A stretch of 63,756 bases of DNA, the filler included, from Choristocarpus tenellus KU-1152 (taxonomy: Eukaryota > Protista > Phaeophyceae): the NCBI GenBank assembly GCA_964200185.2. It is 10 parts of 10 records of this genome, joined end to end, with 100 filler letters (N's around TTAATTAATTAA, not from the genome) between each part and the next. Parts side by side here need not be neighbours in the genome. Positions count along the whole stretch, not along the records: positions 52,483 to 57,274 come from CAXNAD020013044.1; positions 57,375 to 63,756 come from CAXNAD020008258.1; 8 more parts are not named here. One strand, 5' to 3'. The notes below the pieces were generated by a model. That model saw only the letters and a program-made list of their open reading frames with translations, was not told the origin of the DNA and searched no databases. The translations under genes and the position numbers were made by a program. Below, piece by piece: positions 54,925 to 63,756 of the stretch (the first letter of the stretch is position 1; each line of letters begins with the position of its first letter).

Positions 54925-55310
54925 TGCAACAACAGTTACTTGTAGACAAGGAGAGCATTCTTGGTTCAGAGACAGTAATCATTACATCCGAGCACTCTAC
55001 CTTGATATGTGTGTTGGTCCGTAATGCATGCAGTGAGTGTTGTCTAGAGTAGGCAAGAGCAACACACTTGTATTCACATGCACATGTTGTGGACACCTCC
55101 AGGCAAAGAGAAGTTTCTTCATTACCATTGAGTCCTTCGGCACACACACGTACATCCATTGGGGGCATGGATGTATATTGCTGCATACAGCGAGCCAGAA
55201 TTAGCATGCAAATGCTGCAAACAACCACCGATCACATACACACACGTGCACGCATACACACATACACACAATGCTCGCCTCTACTGCACCTGTTTTTGGC
55301 AATATCTTCT

Positions 55311-55595
55311 GAGTGAAAGTATGTTAGGGTTAGGGTATGAGTTTTTGCCTTGTTTGTCCGTTTGGGGCTTGGCTTCCCACGTTTTTTTTTTTAATGACAT
55401 TTTACCTACTACTCCGAAGCGTTTTGAAGTGGGAAAATGTATACGCTTTCGAGTAGGTATCATGTGTATATCTGGAACAAGAATATTGACGCTTCCTAAC
55501 AAACGCGATAGCCAAAATTACATCAAAATCGCAACATTGGATTTATGACCCCCAAACGGACACAGGTCTACCCTAACCCTAAGATAATTTGACTC
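55311..55595 (-). mobile_element. MITE family A variant with TTAGGG units in both TIRs
   Basis: GAGTGAAAGTATGTTAGGGTTAGGGTA...TACCCTAACCCTAAGATAATTTGACTC; 3-bp TSD TCT. Confidence 0.9.
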
Positions 55596-56494
55596 TCTAA
55601 GATACCTTTCCGCCACCAGTTGTTCCCTTTAAGGGTTCCATGTCACACTCATAAGATTATCACGATCACCCAAAACTGAACAGTACACCCAAAAGAACGT
55701 CAACACTATTCATAGAGTACAAGCCGTCTGGAGCACATAACCATTTCCGCATGCTTTGTTGTAAAGGGATCAAGCACGGTAAGCTAGACAAAACGCCTTC
55801 CTGCATTATCTGTCAAGGCCCCTGCACTTCCCCAGCCACCTTAATGCGCAGACTAGAAGCCACAACATGCACGCAAGCTTGCACATCAAGCACACATCTA
55901 GATGCTGTAAAAGATGTTCATCCCTTCCACATCACATCTGCATCAGAAGAAAATTACTCCCTAACCTGCTGAGAACACCACCACCACCACCACCACCACC
56001 ATTGCCATATCAGGACACACCCTCCGAAGTCCTCAATCTCTAGGCCTTCCTCTTTCAACTCACTCCCCTAACTACAACCACTGCTCAAGATACATCCGAG
56101 GTTAACTGCCTCTGCTTTCACTAGAAAAAGGTCTGTTGCAGGTCAGCTTGCTCTATACTTTATTTTCTACACACGAACACTAAGGCACCTTAATCAGCTT
56201 GGAATGGTGATACCACTTGGGTCCATTCTCACTCCTCAACCTACCACCCCCACCATGGTGGCGGGTCAGCCGTTCCGACAGGCCGGGGAGGGGCATAAAT
56301 GCACTGCTTGCCCCATCTGGATTGGTGGACTGACGAGGATGTAAATGAGCAATACAGTCAAAAGAAAATGACAAAAGAGATGAGCATCCAGGTCAGGTTG
56401 ACAACTTTGAACCATGCCATGAAAGCAAGCTTGTCTTGTGCTTCAAGTCTATGCCACACAGAGCACATATGCACCACACAAGAGTACTCTCATG

Positions 56495-56530
<36 letters not shown>

Positions 56531-56587
56531 CACACACAACACACACACACACAACACACACACACACAACACACAACACACACACAC
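56495..56587 (+). repeat. Imperfect (CA)n microsatellite
   Basis: Read directly. Confidence 0.95.
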
Positions 56588-56766
56588 CGGCCACAAAACC
56601 ACAGCAGGTCTGAACACAGAGTTGGACACACCAAACCTCTCTTCCTAAGACACATAACACAAAATGCCAAGTAACCTCACCCCTCTGCACAAACGATGTA
56701 ACCATACGGTGAGTAAAAAAAACAAACTAAGGGCCAGGGTCAAATTACACAGCAGCCTAGCCTCAC

Positions 56767-56977
56767 CTCCTCATACAAGCTCCGTCCAGACACTCTGGCA
56801 CCCTTCCCCAATCCCCGACTCCCAGACCCATTAGCAGCATCACACTCCTGCCACCCTCCCCTTGCCTTCTGGAGTTGTAGCTCCTCTACACGAGCTTTGA
56901 GGGCTTCCAAGTCTTCCGGCAGGCTCTGCATTGCGTCCAGCTCCGACTGCATTGCCGCTTTCCGCGAGAGGGCGTCC
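56767..56977 (-). CDS. Exon of an unknown coiled-coil protein
   Basis: tag|G-DALSRKAAMQSELDAMQSLPEDLEALKARVEELQLQK...YEE|gtgagg; GC-rich open exon. Confidence 0.5.
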
Positions 56978-57149
56978 CTAACAGAACAACCAGATCTATT
57001 TTTAAATATTAAAAAAAAAAAAATCTCAGAAAAATCATCACACCAGCGCGTTAAAAAATAAAATATATTTGAGTCCAGTAAAATACATGCAGTACATATT
57101 TACACTCCAGAGTATTGATCACTACAGTATGGATATTAATAAAAATAAC

Positions 57150-57212
57150 GTATGTATGTATGTATGTATGTATGTATGTATGTATGTATGTATGTATGTA
57201 TGTATGTATGTA
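57150..57212 (+). repeat. (TATG)n microsatellite
   Basis: Read directly. Confidence 0.95.
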
Positions 57213-57374
57213 CATACTCCAGAATATATGCTTAGAAGTAAATTTAGGACCCAAAGTATCTGGGAGGGGGGGGGNNNNNNNNNNNNNNNNNNNNNNNNNN
57301 NNNNNNNNNNNNNNNNNNTTAATTAATTAANNNNNNNNNNNNNNNNNNNNNNNNNNNNNNNNNNNNNNNNNNNN

Positions 57375-58800
57375 GGGGGTTGTAGGGGGACAAGCAGATA
57401 GAATTAAAAAAAAGAATGTGAAGCCACTATCTGTGCATTATTTGTCAGGCCAGAGTTATGACTGGGAAGAGTCATTATCGAAGACCTACTGTTGTGCGTC
57501 CTTGGGGTGAATGATTGAGAGGATGCGATCTGATGTAGATGGGGATTTTGGCACAAGATATTGTGTAGCTTTCGTTTGGTGAGGGTTATTAGTGCAGCGT
57601 GTGGCTGAGCTGCTGTTAACTTTGGTACAGGATGGCTCGTTGATTGATGCTTTACCAGTGCATCTGTGGTTCAAAACTTTATTGTGGAGTTGCCCGTGAA
57701 CCTTTCATGGATTCGTGTTTGTACACTTAGCTGATTATGAAGAAAGAGCCGGTGCAGGTAGATAACTGCTCATGAAACTTGTTAAAGTTGAATATTGTGG
57801 GATTGCCATGAATACCTGTCGTATACTTTAATGTATAGCTATCACTAAACTTTAGTGCATAGGTCACTACACTTCAGTGCATAGGTTTTGAAGGAGCGAG
57901 TGAAATGTGTAACGGATCAGTAAGTATATCTACGCAGGAAGATAGTGAACGGAGTGTTTGTAATCAACCTGAAAGTCAGCAGTGCATGTATAGATTGTGA
58001 TTGGATTTAAAGAGAATAGATACACCTCATGTGCAACGTGTATTTGGATTGACTTTGGGAGTAGGTGCCTAAATTGTGGATGGTGTTTTTAGGAGTGAAA
58101 ATGATGTGAACTAATTTTGAGTTGAGAATGTGGGAGATATTTTTCTTCAAGCCTTTGTGCTTGAAAAATTTATGGGAATGATGCCTCCCAAGTATGGGAA
58201 ACTCTTGCCCATGCCTACTGATGATGCTGCACTCTCTCTGGATGAGTGCATATTTGTGAGGGGGCTTGTTGTTCCTATGCTTGGATCTGTACTTGTTTTA
58301 GGTTAAATTTGTGATGAAGATTATGTATTGTGCGTTGATTGGCCCAGGGTCTGCAAAGGAGGATTATCTCTGTGCGGTTCTGTTGCCAAAGGTTCTTAAG
58401 TAGCTTAGAAAGCAGTATATAGAACAAGCTGTGTGGTGTGAGCATATGAAGTGGCTTTGCAGGAGTATTTTCCAAACGATCACATATCTTGTCCAGATTT
58501 TTGAAGAGTTATCATGTTGATGGGATGGCGTCTTTGTGTGTTTCCTCTTGGGCCCCGTTAGGGACATAATTGAAGATACACTTCTTCATGTTCAAAATAT
58601 GCCCTGTTAGAAGAGGGATGGTTCAAATGAACTGTTACAGTGTGTGTCGAGTTGATTTTTACTTGGTCTGGTGTCATGGAAATCTTCTTCATGGCATTCC
58701 AGTTACATGATTTTGGGAGATGCTGTTGATGACTACTTAAACTTGAGGACTGTTCATCACTCTGTTTCCAGATAGGTGATGCAAAGGCACTACCTACCCC
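57375..58800 (-). mobile_element. Possible heavily decayed non-LTR (LINE) RT relic
   Basis: FPYLGGIIP at ~58175-58200 (RT F-x-YLG motif) in a decayed ORF that is A/C-rich on the minus strand. Other motifs are not clean. Confidence 0.3.
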
Positions 58801-61800
58801 CTTTTCTCGTCAGGGTCTCATCCAAAACGTTACATCACTCCTATGTGTTTCTCTCCTTTTGTGTATCTTGAGCTATGATCATTCCGTTTTATCATTTTTC
58901 TTCTCATTGACTGCATTGAGCATTGACTTCTTCCCTCCCCCCCCCCTCCCCCCCTCCCCCTGCCTCTTCTGTCCCCAATAGAACTCGAAGATCAAGTTCC
59001 CGCTCACCCACCGCTTGCCCAGGGCACCTCTCAAGAAATACCGCACTACTTTCAAGGCATCTCGGCCCACCACTTTCTTGGGTTAAACTGGTTTGGAACC
59101 TTAAGTTCTATCATGATTTTTGGCAACGGAAAGTGTAGGTCTTGACAAGGAAGTGCCCCAACCTTTGCTGGTTTGGTGATTGTGAGATGTGCTACTAATG
59201 GCTGGTCCAGTGTTTGGGAGGGTGTGTGCGGCTCTTTCTGTTTGGAAGTATCAGCTACGGGTTAAATAAAGTATTAAAAAAAGAACGCTGCTCTGCTGTG
59301 TTATATATAGTACCTACCGTCCTATGTTCTCGATTAGGACTTGTCTGGGGAATGTGCTCTCGAGTGCCTTGCATCACTCTCTGGTTCTCTGTTACAAGGT
59401 CACCTGTTTGGCTGCTATCTCTCAAGTGACATGTCTGCTACAGGAGATTTGAATCTTGGCGGCTGTGTTAGATGCGTCAAACACCTCACCATTTTTTTCG
59501 CTAGTATGTCACATTACAGGTCTATGGCATTGTTCTTGACCGACCTGCACATGATCCTTGGGTACCTGTTAGATTACCATGTATGCCCCTCCATGTACAA
59601 CTGCAATGGCCTGTTACTTCTTTAGGTTAACTCCCTCTCTGAGCAGTTGATTTTTATTTACGACTTAAAGCACTTAGGGTTAGGGTTAAGTGACGTACTT
59701 ACTACCTTGTCATCAACTTATGTGGAGCCTCAGTAGTTTCTGTCCTCATGGTATTGAAATGATAGGTTGTTGGTTGCCAGTAAAGTGTAGACATTTCCCT
59801 TTCATCTGATCCTTAATGCGTTGCTTGAACATCTGCAATACCCTAAGGGTTTTTGGGAAAGGGGATTATGGAACATACCCGCCTCCCCTTCCTATTCCTC
59901 CCTAGGTCAACCTCTGGGCAAGATGAGGGCGAGAGTCCTTTGCTGAAAAACTTGTTTGGAACCTGTGCCTTCCTAGACCTGATAGTCACTATATGTGGTA
60001 CCCATAGAACTCTTCCTATATTGACTTGATGGCTATTATAGTATTCATAAGTAGGTTGGGGTTGATGCACTCAATCTGCTCATTGACCACTGCCAACGTA
60101 CAATAATAATGTCACAGTCGAGCACTATGCCAACAGTGCCGATTGCTTCACCTGCAGTTTTGCGCCACTTCTGCCTTACTCAAGGTTACGCATTCTGTTC
60201 CCAGTCCCCCATTGTGTGTGATGCCAGACACCCTGTTGGAGAGGGAATAGTGACTTGTGTGAGGTGTCTTGCCTTATCTCTTTATGTATGCATGTGCAGT
60301 TATTAGGTACATGTACACATAGTATTTAGAGCACACTGCCCCTCCAGTCTAAAAGGTACCCGAAATATTGTGATTGCTGGAAATTGCATTTTTCGATCAT
60401 AAATAGATTTGTAACCACCCCACCTCTCCACGGCCATGTGTAAATGCTTTGCTATGTACCAACTAGCCTTAAATTCTGTGTCTCAATACACAAATAATAT
60501 CCTGTAATTCATGACAGTCTCTCTACATGTAGTTCTACACCTAATTAAGGAAATTGAAGTACTCGAACACAGTGGATATTGTAGTTACAGCTAACACATG
60601 TGTAGTCGCAGTGGTTCCTAGACCTGACCTCACTCTGTACCTGTGACTGCAGGCAACTCAAGCTTGATAAGTTGCTAATGTTATTGCTACTATTGTTGAA
60701 AGTACAACACAGGATGGAGGCTTACAATTTTTGCAAGGACCAAGGTACCAAACAAATAATAAGGAGTTATGTTCCGCAGAATGGTCTGGAGTATTTAATA
60801 TATACCAACAGTGGAATATGCATACATACAACATGTAGGTATATTGACGTTATACCTTACAACATCATACCAACCCGCCGATTCGTCTGATGATACATGG
60901 TTGGGAGGAGTCGGCAATTTGGCCTCAAAATTTCGCGCCCAGTGATTTTTCGACTATATTTGGTACTATGATAAGGGCTGCGTGGGACAGAGGCCTGTTT
61001 GCATTTTGTGTGTGTGCTTTCTACATGCACTATTATTATTATTGTTATGACTATGATTCCTCTCTAAGTTGCCATCCCTGACTGGCTGGCTCAGGCTGTG
61101 GATAACATTGTGCCCTAACTTCGATGACGGCAACCTGTTCGATTTTTTGAAACATAAACTAAAAAACTACTGTGACAAACAAAAATTGTTTAGACTAGTT
61201 TAAAAATCAACTCTATACAGAGGTAGAAGGGAAGAGGAAGCTGCATGATGACAGCTACAAGCAACTACTGCCTCACACCTAAACGACAACTTAAATTGTA
61301 CTTCATAGAAGAATACCCCTATAATTTGCTCCACTTTGGTCTGTTGACTATCCCAGCACGCAGTCAAGGACACTACACACTTCAACACTTCTCACACTAA
61401 CTAAAATTGGAACGAATGGTTAAACTACGACATTTGTAGTTCTCCTTTCATGTCTTGCTTCTCTCGGGATAGGTCTAGTCATCCCATTGCCCATCACTCT
61501 GCCTCCCTCGAATCTTTAGCTGGATCTGTCTCAGCATCACTTGGCAATGTAATCTTGCCACCTTCTTGTGGTTTCCCCACTTTTTTTGTGGTGCAGGGGC
61601 ATATGGGATACTATAGTACTTCAAACTAGTACACGAGTACAATCCTTACGCTTGCAGCGCAGACTTGGGGTAATCAATATCAAATTTCAACGAAAACATA
61701 AATGACTCTGAGGGGGTTCGAACCTGGGAAATCTATGCAGGAGTGTTATCTGTTGAGTATTGATCTACGAAAATGATGAGAAACTAGTATAAAATACAAT

Positions 61801-62940
61801 AAAATGACTCAAGGGTCAGATCCAGGAGCCTAACCCAAGGGAATTGTAGTATAGATTTGGTCCCTGCTCGAAACTCAATACCAATGCTACAGACAGTAAA
61901 AATTGCATGCAAGGGTTTCGATTGGTGGCTTTCGAAACATTAGAATACATTTTGTGATTACTTACCACCTTGAAGAAAAAGCTGGTTGGCAAATGGAATG
62001 AGACTAAAAGATGATTGCAATTGTGAGATACAACAGTGACACCAAGGTTGCACCATCTGGTAGTTGATTCTTACTACAGGCACACAGTCAACAGTTCCAT
62101 GGACCAATTTGTCTCAGCTCTCAAAGAGATAACCTAGGACGATAAAATGTCAGTCTTGAGTGATGTGTTCTCTATGGAAGGGATGCGAGCAATGACATTG
62201 AACCATCAACTGTACTACCACAGATCCAAATCCTAGGTAGTTCCCGACAAGTAGACATCTTGACCGGATTCCAACCTCAAGACTTTTGGTACAATCCATT
62301 TCCCCATTTTCAAGCAGGCTACGTTCAGAGTTCTGTCGTGGGATGTGAGTGTGATGAGTGTTCAGCACTGACAATACATCAAGATCCAGTCCCAACAGAA
62401 AGCCAACTGGCCACTGCTATACTTTTGAACAAGCAGAGCTCAAAGCCCTGTCCCACAACTGGAACCCTGGACAGTGTTGCCTTGGGCACCAACATGGATC
62501 CCTGCGTAACTATGTTCAAGTCGGGTCCTGTTATGCAAAAAGTCCTCTCAAATGTCTGAGCGACTCGCTGCTGGGAAGGACTGCCGTGCGGATTAGAAAA
62601 GATGTACCTGCACACTGCTACCACTACACTAACTCATGGATGTGGCACACAGCACCTTTGAATAGGATTGTTTTGGAGCAGCGATTTCAAGCAAGAGCCT
62701 ACAATACAATAGATGGTGTCCTCTACCCAATTCAAAGATTTACACACCAATAGACAACCGACCCATATCGCCAAGCTCAAACATGGCACTCCTCTACCGC
62801 CTGTGAAAGAACCCACACCTAAAAGAACAAGAAAACTATCACTTCGACACTCTGCCCGGCAAAAACAACTTCACCCTTCCAGCGTCCCGAGCCCTAACCC
62901 TCTGCCAGCGCTTCCCCCCCCCCCCTGGTGGTGGTGCAGT

Positions 62941-63534
62941 TTAGATCTGCTGCCTGTCACTCATGATGCTCTTTGAACAGGTGAAATGGTTGTGAGCGAG
63001 AAGAGCAGGGGAGGGGTTAGGGTTAGGGTTAGGGTTAGGGTTAGATATCAATGGAGCCGGTCCCTTCACTTTTGAAAGACCCCAATACAGGGCAGGGGGG
63101 GGGGTACAAGCGAAGAACAAACACGCTGCACTAAAAGCAACAGCTAGGTTCTTCTCGAAGGGTGCAGCAGAACAACACGCCCTCACAAGGAATACTCTAT
63201 ACAACTCCCTCCCTCCTCTGCGCACAACTGTACATACATTGACAAAAAGTAGAAAAAAACAGAAACGTATAGTTTTGTACCATATGTATGGCGTTTGTTC
63301 ACAAGGTGCAAAAAAATTCCAACACGCCTCCGAGAATCGAAACCTCCCTCTCCCTAAGACTGAGGATCAGCTACAGCTGATGAGGTGGACATTCCAATCA
63401 CTCACCGAGAACTCATCTAAGCTGATGCTTCCGTCCAAGTCCTTATCGAACTCCTCAATCATTGCCTCCATCTCCCTCTCCCCTAAATCCTCCCCCAACT
63501 CCTTCACAACCTTCCTCAGGTTCTTCAATGTGAT
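62941..63534 (-). CDS. Centrin-3/CDC31-like EF-hand protein, last two exons (63534-63406 and 62970-62941)
   Basis: cag|[43 protein letters not shown]|gtgagt, then aag|SIMSDRQQI*. Both junctions are phase 0, and [12 protein letters not shown] is an EF-hand loop. Confidence 0.88.
63013..63043 (+). repeat. Interstitial telomeric repeat (TTAGGG) x ~5 in the centrin intron
   Basis: ggggttagggttagggttagggttagggttag. Confidence 0.9.
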
Positions 63535-63541
63535 CTGGCAT

Positions 63542-63686
63542 GGGTGGGGGCAGGGGTGGTGGCTGTCCATTTGGAGCTAAATTTTTCATGTCGCGATTTT
63601 TGGATGATTTGGTTCCATACACGGGATGGATAATGAAAGTGCACTTTTCCTGGTGTTGGTCCAAATGGACACTTTGGTGAAGACCC
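63542..63686 (-). mobile_element. MITE family B remnant abutting the centrin exon
   Basis: Reverse complement closely matches 5030-5157; both outer TIRs are lost. Confidence 0.85.
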
Positions 63687-63756
63687 TAAAGAGCACGCGA
63701 CCAATACCTACGTCCACCCGCTGATCTGAAACCGCTAAAAAGCCAAACAGTGAATT

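Noticed and set aside
61700-61740. GGTTCGAACC box-B/tRNA-like motif
   Set aside because: No box A or cloverleaf can be built; at most a SINE remnant.

Overview
This is eukaryotic nuclear DNA, not a prokaryotic locus. It is made of 10 contigs joined by an artificial 100-bp spacer (44 N + TTAATTAATTAA + 44 N), so adjacency across spacers means nothing. GT-AG introns, TTAGGG repeats and a spliced MinD-like exon suggest a stramenopile such as a brown alga (inference). Host exons: ACAD10/11-type acyl-CoA dehydrogenase, centrin-3-like, MinD-like, and a WD40-like protein. Transposon debris dominates: two Ty3/Gypsy relics, a rearranged Ty1/Copia cluster (tandem shared LTR plus an inverted copy) and an intron-containing Sola2-like transposase pseudogene. 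The main pattern is a set of related MITEs sharing the terminal core G-N4-AAAGTATCT: family A (~255-285 bp, 7 full copies, 3-4 bp TSDs), family B (~170 bp) and family C (ends only). Their GAG...CTC ends would make a perfect spliceosomal intron if inserted at an AGGT target. Also notable are a bacterial IS6 end nested in an IS5-like transposase, apparently inside an intron of the ACAD gene, and short telomeric tracts placed in an RT gene and in both TIRs of one MITE.
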